Source: Bacteroidota bacterium
GTDB taxonomy: Bacteria; Bacteroidota; Bacteroidia; 2-12-FULL-35-15
Assembly: GCA_003151815.1 (NCBI GenBank)
Contig: PLYN01000040.1
Location: forward strand, 5,859 to 69,858
Length of the DNA stretch: 64,000 nt
Reading direction: 5' to 3'
Below the pieces are notes generated by a model. It was not told the DNA's origin. It ran no database searches and worked only from the letters and a program-made list of their open reading frames with translations. Position numbers and translations under genes: made by a program. Below are positions 1 through 9,966 of this stretch, one piece after another (position 1 is the first letter of the stretch; each line of letters starts with the position of its first letter).

Positions 1-54
1 TTTTTGTACAAGCGAAGACGGTGCAAAAAAAATAGCTACAAAAATTTTATTCAT
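1..54 (-). CDS. First 18 codons of a gene running off the left edge; signal-peptide-like N-terminus
   Basis: Reverse complement of 1-54 reads ATG AAT AAA ATT TTT GTA GCT ... = MNKIFVAIFFAPSSLVQK. Absent from the ORF track because it is cut by the window edge. Confidence 0.3.
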   Translation of the reverse strand, partial: MNKIFVAIFFAPSSLVQK

Positions 55-68
55 CGATTAAGGAAAAT

Positions 69-227
69 AATTTGAGAATTTGAGAATTTGGTAATTTGAA
101 AATTAAAATAATAATACATGATGGTATAATATGATCCCAAAGATGATTTGTAATTATTAAATTTTAGATTATTTTAATGCTTTAACTCTACAATTTTCAA
201 ATTAACGAATTCTCAAATTTTCAAATT
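69..227. repeat. Long imperfect inverted repeat ('word hairpin') built from GAGAATTTG/CAAATTCTC words
   Basis: Left arm 69-104 is aatttgagaatttgagaatttggtaatttgaaaatt. Right arm 193-227 is aattttcaaattaacgaattctcaaattttcaaatt, its reverse complement with about 4 mismatches. The arms flank about 88 nt directly upstream of recO. Confidence 0.7.
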
Positions 228-235
228 GACTTTAG

Positions 236-961
236 ATGCTTCATACAACAAGCGGTATCATTCTACACACCATCAAATACTCTGAAACAAGTTTAATAGC
301 TAAAATATATACCCGCAGTTTTGGTTTACAATCCTATATGGTTAGTGGTGTGCGAAGTAAAAAGTCGAAAAATAAAGCGACGCTTTTTCAGCCTCTTACA
401 TTAGTAGAAATGGTGGTTTCCAATTCCAATAAAGGAACTCTTCAACGCATATCCGAAATAAATATTCTTCATCCTTATGCCGATATACCTTATGACATTG
501 TTAAAAGTTCTATCGTCATTTTTTTAAATGAAATACTGTATAAAGCTTTAAGGGAAGAGCATTCAGATGAAGATATGTTTGAGTTCATAAAAAATTCATT
601 ATTAGTATTGGATTTAAAACACGACAATTGTTCTAATTTTCATATTTTTTTCATGATACAATTAAGTCGTTTTTTAGGTTTTTTTCCACAAGGAAAATAT
701 ACTGCAGAAACACCTATCTTTGATTTGAGAGAAGGTAGATTTATTAATCATTTGCCGGATCATTTTTATTATTTAAGTACGCAAAACAGTATGTTGTTGT
801 ATGATTTTATTTCTTCAGGCTACGAAACAATTCATCAGTTGAAAATGGATAATAGTGAACGAAAAGACTTGTTACAGTCGATGATAGTGTTTTATCAATT
901 GCATATAGCTTCGTTTAAAGAAATAAAATCACAAGAAATATTGGAGGAAGTATTAGGGTAA
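236..961 (+). CDS. recO: DNA repair protein RecO
   Basis: 241 aa. The N-terminal OB-fold region (GIILHTIKYSETSLIAKIYTRSFGLQSY) and overall length are typical of RecO. Confidence 0.8.
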   Translation: MLHTTSGIILHTIKYSETSLIAKIYTRSFGLQSYMVSGVRSKKSKNKATLFQPLTLVEMVVSNSNKGTLQRISEINILHPYADIPYDIVKSSIVIFLNEILYKALREEHSDEDMFEFIKNSLLVLDLKHDNCSNFHIFFMIQLSRFLGFFPQGKYTAETPIFDLREGRFINHLPDHFYYLSTQNSMLLYDFISSGYETIHQLKMDNSERKDLLQSMIVFYQLHIASFKEIKSQEILEEVLG

Positions 962-980
962 AATAGTATGATTATTCTGA

Positions 981-1060
981 TGCCATCGCACATATTTCGA
1001 CAAGCTCAATATGACGCCAAGCGTGGTCAGTCTGAGCCTGTCGAAGACTAAGTGTGGCAA
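981..1060. repeat. REP-like palindromic element (TCGACnnGCTCAnnnTGAC family), probable terminator after recO
   Basis: tcgacaagctcaatatgac (997-1015) pairs with gtcagtctgagcctgtcga (1026-1044). Related palindromes occur at 23424-23482 and 31272-31333. Confidence 0.6.
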
Positions 1061-1090
1061 TGAGAAAATTTTGAACAAAATGTAATCATT

Positions 1091-2842
1091 ATGAAATTTA
1101 AAAAACACACATTACTAATTTTGTCGCTACTGCTTTTTCAAATTGGGTTTTCGCAACTTGATGGAAGAGAAAATAAAAAATTTTCAAAAGCAGATACCTT
1201 GCGTGGAATGTTATCACCTGAGCGTGCGTGTTACAATGTGTTATCGTATGATTTGGATGTGAAAGTTGACATTGATGATAAATTTATTTCAGGCAGTAAT
1301 ACAATTAAATTTATTTCTGAACAAGATTTTCAAAAGCTTCAGATTGATTTATTTGCAAATATGAAAATCGAAAAAATTGAACTGGATGGGATAGAACTTA
1401 AGTATACCCGTGAGTATAATGCTGTATTCGTTACGTTTCTTGAAACAATTAAAAAAGGCCAAGTAGAATCTATTAAAATTTATTATTCCGGTCATCCTCA
1501 ATCTGCAAAAAATGCTCCCTGGGATGGTGGTTTTTCCTGGAAAAAAGATCAGGATGAAAATCCATGGGTTGGCGTCTCCTGCCAAGGAACAGGAGCAAGT
1601 TGTTGGTGGCCATGCAAGGATCATCAGAGTGATGAACCGGAAAATATGTTCATACGCATTACTGTTCCACCTGATTTAGTTGAGGTTTCAAATGGTCGGT
1701 TGAAACAAACAACAGCTTTGCCTAATGGTTGGACAAAATACGAATGGTATGTTTCTTACCCGATTAACAGTTATGACGTAACTCTCAATATCGCTAAATA
1801 CAAACATCTTAGTGATTCATATATTAATCCTGTTTATAAGGATACGCTCACTTTGGATTATTATGTGTTGTCGGCTAATTATAACAAAGCGAAAGAACAT
1901 TTTAAACAGATAAAACCAATGTTGGATTGTTATTCTAAATTATTCGGCGAATATCCTTTTGTACGTGATGGTTATAAACTGGTGGAAACACCCTATCTTG
2001 GTATGGAACACCAAAGTTGTGTTTCTTATGGTAACAAATATTTGAACGGATATTTGGGTAAAGATATGTCGGGAACAGGTTATCATTTTGATTATATTAT
2101 TATTCATGAATCGGCGCATGAGTGGTGGGGAAATAGCGTTACCACTAATGATATTGCTGATATGTGGATACATGAAGGCTTTGCAACTTATTCGGAAGCA
2201 TTGTATATTGAGTGTTTATACGGTTACGATGCTTATTTGAAGTATATAAATTCAGAAAAAAAGAGTGTCAAAAACACTGAACCAATTATCGGGAAGTATG
2301 GCTTGAACAATAAAGGTTCGGACGATATGTATCCGAAAGGCTCATTATTATTGCATACCATACGCGGCATAATAAATAATGATACATTATTTTTCAAAAT
2401 AATAAATGGAATTCAGGATACATTTCGTTACCATAATGTGAACTCCGGTGACATAGAAAAATATATTAGTCAAAAGTCGGGTATTGATTTTTCCGATATT
2501 TTCGATTTGTATTTACGTGGTACTTCCATACCAAAATTAATTTTCAAAATTGAAGTAGATTCAGTGGATTTAAAAATAGAATATCGTTATAAATTGAGTG
2601 GTGCCGATGTTTTTGAAAGTACTGAATATCAAAATAAACATGGACTATTTAAGATGCCTGTGAAAATTACATTTAAAAAAGACGAGTTCCATTTCATCTA
2701 TCCAACTACTTTATGGAAAACAATTATCATTCATAATATGAAAAAAGAAGATTTTAAAGTGGCTGACGATTTATTTTACATGGATACAGAATTGAATTTT
2801 GTAAATAAAAATAAGGTTCAACCGATCAATAAACCGAAATAG
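1091..2842 (+). CDS. Secreted M1-family (gluzincin) metallopeptidase
   Basis: Signal peptide; HExxH zinc motif in IIHESAHEWWGN; downstream glutamate in WIHEGFATY. Confidence 0.85.
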   Translation: MKFKKHTLLILSLLLFQIGFSQLDGRENKKFSKADTLRGMLSPERACYNVLSYDLDVKVDIDDKFISGSNTIKFISEQDFQKLQIDLFANMKIEKIELDGIELKYTREYNAVFVTFLETIKKGQVESIKIYYSGHPQSAKNAPWDGGFSWKKDQDENPWVGVSCQGTGASCWWPCKDHQSDEPENMFIRITVPPDLVEVSNGRLKQTTALPNGWTKYEWYVSYPINSYDVTLNIAKYKHLSDSYINPVYKDTLTLDYYVLSANYNKAKEHFKQIKPMLDCYSKLFGEYPFVRDGYKLVETPYLGMEHQSCVSYGNKYLNGYLGKDMSGTGYHFDYIIIHESAHEWWGNSVTTNDIADMWIHEGFATYSEALYIECLYGYDAYLKYINSEKKSVKNTEPIIGKYGLNNKGSDDMYPKGSLLLHTIRGIINNDTLFFKIINGIQDTFRYHNVNSGDIEKYISQKSGIDFSDIFDLYLRGTSIPKLIFKIEVDSVDLKIEYRYKLSGADVFESTEYQNKHGLFKMPVKITFKKDEFHFIYPTTLWKTIIIHNMKKEDFKVADDLFYMDTELNFVNKNKVQPINKPK

Positions 2843-2894
2843 AAAGGTATTAATTTATAATTGTTGGTTTGCTTAAACAAAATTGATTATACCT

Positions 2895-2902
2895 TATATT
2901 TG
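2895..2902 (+). promoter_or_regulatory. Candidate Bacteroidetes -7 promoter box (TAnnTTTG) for the 2968-9780 operon
   Basis: TATATTTG lies 66 nt upstream of the TTG start at 2968. Confidence 0.35.
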
Positions 2903-2967
2903 CGTTTGTTCGTTTAGATTTTTTTATTAATATCAATTAATTACAACAGAAATTAAGATTAATTAAT

Positions 2968-3687
2968 TTGCAGCTAAGTATAATCATACCATCTTTTAAA
3001 GGAGCTGAAGTTTTAAAAAACAACGTACCCGGCTTGATCAACTATTTTAAACAAAAAAATAGATTGTTCGAAATTATTATTGTTGATGATGGTTCTGACG
3101 ACGACGGTGCAACTGAAAAAGTTGCTATAGAATTGAATTGTTTGTTTTTGCAAAACGAAAAAAATTTAGGGAAAGGTGCGGCTGTGAGAAAGGGCATGCA
3201 ACATGCCAAGGGTGATTATAGGATTTTTACCGATGTAGATATACCTTTTGAGTATGATGCATTCGATCGGTTTTTACATTATTTAGAAGCGAAGGAGTTT
3301 GATGTTGTGATTGGCGATCGTACCTTGCCCGGTTCCAGCTATTTTACAGAAATATCACGATTGAGAAAAATTGGAAGCAATATTTTTTCCTTTATTGTCG
3401 GGCGTTTTGTAGCCGGAGGGCATTTTGATACACAATGCGGAATGAAAGGATTCAGAGCATTTGTAGCGAATGATTTATTTTCTGTCAGTAAGGTAAACGG
3501 GTTTGCTTTTGATGTAGAGTTGTTATACATTTCATTAAAACGAAATTATGATATAAAGCGTTTGCCTGTCGTGTTGAGGTGTCAGGAAGGCTCCAGCGTT
3601 AGTGTGCTTCGTCATGGTATCGGAATGCTTTTCGATCTTTATAAAATAAAATTGAATCATGTAAAAGGATTATACAATAAACATTAG
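2968..3687 (+). CDS. Family 2 glycosyltransferase (polyprenyl-phosphate sugar synthase-like)
   Basis: SIIIPSF...IIIVDDGSDD and a DxD-like FTDVDIPF motif; 239 aa, soluble; TTG start. Confidence 0.8.
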   Translation: MQLSIIIPSFKGAEVLKNNVPGLINYFKQKNRLFEIIIVDDGSDDDGATEKVAIELNCLFLQNEKNLGKGAAVRKGMQHAKGDYRIFTDVDIPFEYDAFDRFLHYLEAKEFDVVIGDRTLPGSSYFTEISRLRKIGSNIFSFIVGRFVAGGHFDTQCGMKGFRAFVANDLFSVSKVNGFAFDVELLYISLKRNYDIKRLPVVLRCQEGSSVSVLRHGIGMLFDLYKIKLNHVKGLYNKH

Positions 3688-3694
3688 TTATAAA

Positions 3695-4447
3695 ATGAGT
3701 CAACCAACCATATTAGATAAATTTCCGAAAAAAAGAATAGACCTTCCGGAAGCATATCAAAAAATATATAACCAGCACTACGTTATTAATCGGGAAGGAA
3801 AATCAGCCACCACTTCTTTGTCACAAAAATTAGAGTCCTGGATGCATAAAAAAGTGGCGCAGGATGTTCTAGGTAATAAAAAGCTATCTACACTTGAAAT
3901 AGGCGCAGGTACGCTCAACCAATTAAGATATGAGCCTGAACAAGAAATTTATGACATTGTAGAACCATTTACTGAGCTGTTTGAAAACTCTCCATTGTTA
4001 AAAAAAGTTCGCAATGTATATAAAGATATCAATGATTTAAACGACAATAAATACGATAGAATTACCACCATTGCTACATTTGAACATATCATGGATTTGC
4101 CTTTTGTTGTTGGAAAGGCGGCTACCTTATTGAACGAAAAAACAGGACATTTAAGAGTTGCCATACCTAACGAAGGAACCATCATGTGGAGACTCGGTAC
4201 TGAAATTACCGGATTTGAATTTAAAAAGAAATACGGTTTGGATTATCAAATTTTGATGCAATATGAGCATGTAAATACTGCTAATGAAATTGAACAAGTC
4301 CTTGAGCATTTCTTTGAAAAAACAAAATATTCTGTTTTTGGAATAAGCAAAAGCTTCGCCTTTTATCGATTTTATGATTGCAGTATTCCTCGAATGGAAA
4401 ATGTAAATAATTATTTTCTAAAGAAGAATATTTCAACGAAAGCGTAA
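3695..4447 (+). CDS. Class I SAM-dependent methyltransferase
   Basis: Motif I LEIGAGTLNQL; 7-nt gap from the GT2 gene. Confidence 0.6.
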   Translation: MSQPTILDKFPKKRIDLPEAYQKIYNQHYVINREGKSATTSLSQKLESWMHKKVAQDVLGNKKLSTLEIGAGTLNQLRYEPEQEIYDIVEPFTELFENSPLLKKVRNVYKDINDLNDNKYDRITTIATFEHIMDLPFVVGKAATLLNEKTGHLRVAIPNEGTIMWRLGTEITGFEFKKKYGLDYQILMQYEHVNTANEIEQVLEHFFEKTKYSVFGISKSFAFYRFYDCSIPRMENVNNYFLKKNISTKA

Positions 4448-4467
4448 TAATAATCTTCAAATTAAGA

Positions 4468-6144
4468 ATGATAAACTTTTGCAACAGAAATAAAACTCAC
4501 TTATTGAATAGCCTTTCAGTTCTTGTTTTATTATTGGTTGCTGTTTTATATTATTCCGCTTGTTCGCAGGGGCAATTAGAAAATTTATTTAATTCCGATT
4601 CTCTTCAAATTGCCTCTATGTATAAGGATCTTTTTGTTGATAACAACAGTATCAATGGTTGGGGATTAAGTACTTCAGCATCTTTTTTTCCGGATATGTT
4701 TTTTTATTTCTTACTGAATTTTATTTTTGGAAGTTTTATTAAGGCAACAATTTATTATGGTTTTTTACAAATTATTATTTTAACCTTTTTGCTCAATAGG
4801 ATATATCGGCTTGTTAATCCTTCATTACCGGAATCATTAACAACTATTTCTATCCTTTTATTATCCTTATTTTTCCTTTGTAATATTCTTTTTGGATACA
4901 ATCTATATGCTTTTCTTTTAATCAGTAATAATTATCATGTTGGCACATTTAATTGTGCTTTGCTTTCCTATTGGCTATTATTATTGTATTTCAAAAACAA
5001 CAAATCAATTTATTTAATACTCTTGTTTGTTGTGCTTTTTTTAGCACAAATTTCTGATCGTTTATTTTTGGTTTTGTTTTACCTTCCTGTTGTAAGTATT
5101 ATTGTTATTGTTTGGATCACTAAGCCAAAGACAATAAAAATAGTGAGAATAGGATTGCTTTTTTTGCTTTTCATTTCTGCGATAGCAATTTCAGAATACG
5201 GACATTATAAAATAGCAACAAGTGGAATAGTAGAGTTTCCTAAATCAACTCTGACCAACTTTGGTTTTTTAACAGAAAAGGTTGGCAATACTGTTACTTT
5301 GGAATTTATTTGGTCTTTAATAAAAGATTACATTGATATTATTTCTGCTTTTAGTGTGCGTTCTATATTAATATCAATGATTGGAGTATCATTTATTTTA
5401 TCTGTTGTTGTTGCCATTAAAAATGTTAAGCGCATTCGTAAAACGAATGAAGAAATAACCGCATTTTATTATTATAATTGTTTTTCTGTTTTGTTTTTTA
5501 TCATCGTAATATTAGCGCCGCTTTCTCATTGGCACCATACAACAGAGAACGATTGGACGAGATTTTATTTTTCAGCATATATTTTAGCGCTATTTAATTT
5601 ACCAATTTGGATCGCTTTTTTATTTAAAAATAAGCTTCAGAAAATAATATTTTTCAACAAATTTATTTTGTTTGTTCTTGTAATGTCATTTGTTTTAACG
5701 GTTATAACATTGATTAAAAATGAGTCATTCACAAAATTCAGAGCCCTTCTGAATTATTATCCTGAAAATGTCAAAGAAATTGATAAAATGGCAGAACAAA
5801 ATAAACTTCACTATGGTGTTGCGGATTATTGGGACGCTAAGGTTATCAATATGTTTACCCGGAAAAATCTTCACGTATACGCTGTTCACTTTAGCATGTG
5901 TCCGTATGAGGTATTGGCCAATAACAATTGGTTTTATCAGTCTATTGAAAACAAAAATGAGGCACCCGTTTTTAATTTTATTGTAATGAATAGATTTGAG
6001 AGAAGAGATTACATCGAAGATAGTTTTTGTGATTCCATTGTTAAAATAAAAAGTAGAACTACTGAAATATGGAAAGTGCCTGATTTTTATTACATTCGGA
6101 CAGAATGGAAACCACAATTAATCGATAAACAGAAGAATAAATAG
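4468..6144 (+). CDS. Polytopic membrane protein, possibly a GT-C-fold glycosyltransferase
   Basis: 558 aa with many hydrophobic helices and a soluble C-terminal segment; located in the operon with the GT2 gene. Confidence 0.5.
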   Translation: MINFCNRNKTHLLNSLSVLVLLLVAVLYYSACSQGQLENLFNSDSLQIASMYKDLFVDNNSINGWGLSTSASFFPDMFFYFLLNFIFGSFIKATIYYGFLQIIILTFLLNRIYRLVNPSLPESLTTISILLLSLFFLCNILFGYNLYAFLLISNNYHVGTFNCALLSYWLLLLYFKNNKSIYLILLFVVLFLAQISDRLFLVLFYLPVVSIIVIVWITKPKTIKIVRIGLLFLLFISAIAISEYGHYKIATSGIVEFPKSTLTNFGFLTEKVGNTVTLEFIWSLIKDYIDIISAFSVRSILISMIGVSFILSVVVAIKNVKRIRKTNEEITAFYYYNCFSVLFFIIVILAPLSHWHHTTENDWTRFYFSAYILALFNLPIWIAFLFKNKLQKIIFFNKFILFVLVMSFVLTVITLIKNESFTKFRALLNYYPENVKEIDKMAEQNKLHYGVADYWDAKVINMFTRKNLHVYAVHFSMCPYEVLANNNWFYQSIENKNEAPVFNFIVMNRFERRDYIEDSFCDSIVKIKSRTTEIWKVPDFYYIRTEWKPQLIDKQKNK

Positions 6145-8474
6145 TGTTACAAAAATTAAAATATCGTATTTCGGAACGAGGCTTTTTGCTGACACTTGGA
6201 TTGGCTTTGTTTTTCCTGTTTTTATTTTACGGTAATCTTCTTCAACACCCAAATCAGGTTTATTTTGGTGCAAACGGTGATGGCTTACAGTCTTATTATT
6301 CGGCAGTATATCATGTTAAATACGATGATTCTTATTGGCACATGAATGGGATGAATTATCCTTATGGAGAACAGGTTTTTTTTACGGGCTGCCAACCTTT
6401 TGTCACCAACATCATAAAATGTATCAGTACGCTAGTGGATATTTCAGATTCTACTATTGGGATATTAAATATCATCATGCTTTTTTCCATAGTCTTGTCG
6501 GCTATTTTTCTCTATTTAATTTTTAAAGGTTTACAATTACCTGACGTATATTCCGCTATTGCTTCAGTTGCTGTAGCCTTTCTTTCCCCTCAAACAGAGC
6601 GTCTTGGAGGCCACTATTCATTGACATATCAGTTTGCGATTCCGCTTTTTTTGTTACTTCTGTTTAAATTTTATCAGAATCCATCAATAAAAAAATCACT
6701 ATTAATTAGCGTCCTTGTTTTTTTTATGGCAGGCACTCATTTTTATTTTTATGGTTTTTTTGCGCTTATCGCTTCATTTTATTGGATGTTTTTATTTTTC
6801 TCCAAAGAAGGAGAATTTGGTAAAATAACATTTTTAATAAAGCATTATTTCATTCAAATAATTACGCCCTATTTACTTTTTAGATTCATTGTATTTTTAA
6901 TTGATAATGTTCAGGACAGAACAAATAATCCCTGGGGTTATCTGGAGTATGTTTCTAATCTGACAGGTGTATTTTTTCCTGTAGGAAAACCCTATTCTTT
7001 TATTTTTGAAACGGTCATAAAGCCTGTATATCCTGATTGGGAAGGCTATTCCTTTGTTGGAATTGTCGCCTCTATAGTTACAGTTGGTATTGGAATAGCA
7101 ATGATCCGAAAATTATTGAAGAAGCAATTGAAGTCGCTTTTTTTTGTTACTGATAACATCCTGTTAAATTCATTTTTTTGGGCAGGGATTATTGCACTTT
7201 TATTGTCGTTCGGGTTTCCATTTATTATTAAAGGCTGTGGTGGATTATTTAATTATGCCGGACTTTTAAAGCAGATGCGCGGAATTGCCCGTTTTTCCTG
7301 GGTATTTTATTATATCATTAATATTATTGCTTTTTATAAAATATTTCAATGGACATCTGACAAGAAAAATGTTGTGAAATATTTCTGGATTGGGATCTCT
7401 TTATTTTTTGTTTGTTACGATGCTTATACTATGTCAATCAATAAACAAGACAGATTTAATAATCGTATTGAGCAGTTGGAAGATACGAAAAACCAGTTGC
7501 CGGAGGACAAGTGGATAAACCAAATAAACCTCGATAAATACCAAGCTATAATTACTTTACCTTATTTTCATGTGGGCTCGGAAAATATTTGGATGAATAC
7601 CCAATCTGAAATTGTAAAAGATGTATTTATTGCTTCCATGAAAACCGGATTACCAACTACATCTCTTATTCTTAGTAGGGTTTCATTAGGACAAACCTAT
7701 AAAAATATTCAAATAGTAAAAGAGCCATATCGCCCTTTGGAGATTGTAAATGATTTTAAAAACGCGAAACCTTTTTTAGTATTGGTGCGCGAAAAGGAAT
7801 TAAATAACAATGAACTCAGGTTGTTAAAGAAATGTAAAATGATAATAGAAACTCCACGTTATTCTATTTATGAATTAGAAGTGAGTACACTGCAACATAT
7901 AATTGATAACTTGTTTGATGATGTTATGGAAGAATCAAGTAAAATAAAGACCTTTGATATAGATGGATTTAAATATACCGATTCGATAAAAAGTTTTGTG
8001 TATAATGGATTTGAAAATAATTTATCTCCCGGTTGCTTTGTTGGAAACGGTTGTTATGAAGGTAAAATAAAAGATTATAACGTTTTATTCAAAGGCTCGT
8101 TACCTGATTTTAAAGCCGATACAACCTATACTATTTCTTTTTGGATGGATAATTTTACCACCGACGTATATCCACGTTCAACTGTAGAAATTGCTTTTTT
8201 AGATTCTACAGGTACTGTTTACGGAACAGATTATTTTGAAGCCGGGAAAAATTTTTGTGTATTGGATGGTAATTGGGCATTAATTGAACGAACTTTTCAG
8301 TTAAAAAATAAAGCAGATCAATTGACGGTGACACTTTGGAATCAAAATATTGTTGATGATAAAAAAATGTTTAGAGCAGATGAATTACTTATTAAACCGA
8401 ATGGAATCAGCATTTACAAGAACATTTCAATTAATAAAGTTTTTAAAAACAATAGAACGTATATAAGGCGATAA
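6144..8474 (+). CDS. Polytopic membrane protein with a ~350-aa soluble C-terminal domain (YfhO/ArnT-like GT-C candidate)
   Basis: 776 aa. GTG start overlaps the upstream stop by 1 nt. The first loop contains GANGDGLQSYY (Asp-containing loop as in GT-C enzymes). Confidence 0.5.
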   Translation: MLQKLKYRISERGFLLTLGLALFFLFLFYGNLLQHPNQVYFGANGDGLQSYYSAVYHVKYDDSYWHMNGMNYPYGEQVFFTGCQPFVTNIIKCISTLVDISDSTIGILNIIMLFSIVLSAIFLYLIFKGLQLPDVYSAIASVAVAFLSPQTERLGGHYSLTYQFAIPLFLLLLFKFYQNPSIKKSLLISVLVFFMAGTHFYFYGFFALIASFYWMFLFFSKEGEFGKITFLIKHYFIQIITPYLLFRFIVFLIDNVQDRTNNPWGYLEYVSNLTGVFFPVGKPYSFIFETVIKPVYPDWEGYSFVGIVASIVTVGIGIAMIRKLLKKQLKSLFFVTDNILLNSFFWAGIIALLLSFGFPFIIKGCGGLFNYAGLLKQMRGIARFSWVFYYIINIIAFYKIFQWTSDKKNVVKYFWIGISLFFVCYDAYTMSINKQDRFNNRIEQLEDTKNQLPEDKWINQINLDKYQAIITLPYFHVGSENIWMNTQSEIVKDVFIASMKTGLPTTSLILSRVSLGQTYKNIQIVKEPYRPLEIVNDFKNAKPFLVLVREKELNNNELRLLKKCKMIIETPRYSIYELEVSTLQHIIDNLFDDVMEESSKIKTFDIDGFKYTDSIKSFVYNGFENNLSPGCFVGNGCYEGKIKDYNVLFKGSLPDFKADTTYTISFWMDNFTTDVYPRSTVEIAFLDSTGTVYGTDYFEAGKNFCVLDGNWALIERTFQLKNKADQLTVTLWNQNIVDDKKMFRADELLIKPNGISIYKNISINKVFKNNRTYIRR

Positions 8475-8484
8475 GATTATTGGA

Positions 8485-9780
8485 TTGTTAAAAAGATTTA
8501 TAACTATGAAAAAATCAACAGTAATTCAGTTTTTTGTTTTTGGTGTTTTATTTGTTTTTATTAACTTAAAGATTGCTGAATATTATCACACGAAAGGCTT
8601 TGCAAGTATTGTTAAATCAGGGTCTGATTCAGAAGGCTATTACCAATATCTACCATACTTATTTATTAATAAAGATATTCTCCATCAGCCTTATGGTGTT
8701 TGGTTGGAAAATAGTTTTATATTAAATAAATACACGTGTGGGGTTGCTATTTTAGAGACTCCATTTTTCTTTGTAGCTCATATTCTATCAAATATGAAAG
8801 GTCAAAGTACCACTGGTTTTGATAACATTTATGGGTATTTTATTGTAATGGCAGCATGTGTTTACATGTATATTGCATTGTTTGTTTTGTATCGGTTGCT
8901 TTCAAAACAGTTTCGTGAATCAATTGCTTTTATTAGCATTGCTGCAATTTATCTTGCCACCAATCTTTTTTATTATACAATTATTGAGTCCGGAATGTCT
9001 CATGTATATTCGTTTTTTTGCTTTACTATGTTTATTTATTATGTGGATAAATATTATGAAGAGGAAAAGTTAAAAGATATTATTGTGCTTGGTTTTTTTC
9101 TTGCCCTTGCAACACTTATTCGCCCAACTAATCTATTATTGATTCTTCTTTTTATTTTTTATAAAACGTATAATTTTTCAGACTTTAAAGAAAGAATTAT
9201 CTTTCATCTTAAACGGTATTATCATTTTATCATCTTCCTGATCATCGGGCTAATTGTGTTTTCGCCTCAAATGTATTATTGGCAACAGCTAACAGGTAAA
9301 TATATTTTTTATTCCTACCAAAACGAAACATTTATTAATTGGAGTTCACCAAAAATTTTAGAGGTTCTTGTCGGACATAAAAGTGGCTGGCTGCTGTATA
9401 GTCCTATAATGCTTTTTAGCATCATAGGATTAACAATGGCAATGAAGCAAAAGGTTTTAAGCGCCCCGGCAATTAGCTTGATTTTTATATTGATATTATA
9501 CATCTGCGCCAGCTGGTGGGCATATACGTTTGGTTGTGGTTTCGGCTATAGAAGTTTTTCGGAGTATTCTGCGATCTTAATTTTTCCGATGGCTTTGTTT
9601 TTGAATCAGGGACTTATAAACAAAAAAATGCTATTACGATTATTTATTATTTTTGGATTGATTGTATTTACATATTACAACTTAAAAATTACCCGACTGT
9701 ATTATCTGTCCGGTGGTTGTTGGGATGGTCCGAATTGGCATTGGACTGACTATTTGGAGGTGTTGAAGAAAGTTTTCTGA
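8485..9780 (+). CDS. Polytopic membrane protein (PMT_2/ArnT-like GT-C candidate)
   Basis: 431 aa, about 11 hydrophobic helices, first loop SGSDSEGYYQYLPY. The true start may be the ATG at 8506 (MKKSTV...). Confidence 0.5.
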   Translation: MLKRFITMKKSTVIQFFVFGVLFVFINLKIAEYYHTKGFASIVKSGSDSEGYYQYLPYLFINKDILHQPYGVWLENSFILNKYTCGVAILETPFFFVAHILSNMKGQSTTGFDNIYGYFIVMAACVYMYIALFVLYRLLSKQFRESIAFISIAAIYLATNLFYYTIIESGMSHVYSFFCFTMFIYYVDKYYEEEKLKDIIVLGFFLALATLIRPTNLLLILLFIFYKTYNFSDFKERIIFHLKRYYHFIIFLIIGLIVFSPQMYYWQQLTGKYIFYSYQNETFINWSSPKILEVLVGHKSGWLLYSPIMLFSIIGLTMAMKQKVLSAPAISLIFILILYICASWWAYTFGCGFGYRSFSEYSAILIFPMALFLNQGLINKKMLLRLFIIFGLIVFTYYNLKITRLYYLSGGCWDGPNWHWTDYLEVLKKVF

Positions 9781-9966
9781 ATAGATTGTTATCATTTAAT
9801 ATTTAAAATTATGCATAGTTTCATTTTCCACTACTGAGTGGTAAACACTTATAATATCTGATATGAAACCCTAAGATTTTAATGTAGCTACTGATTTGTT
9901 TTTTATTAATAAAGAACCTATTTTTATAAAAGATATTAATTCGGAAACCCAATCACACGATAACCA

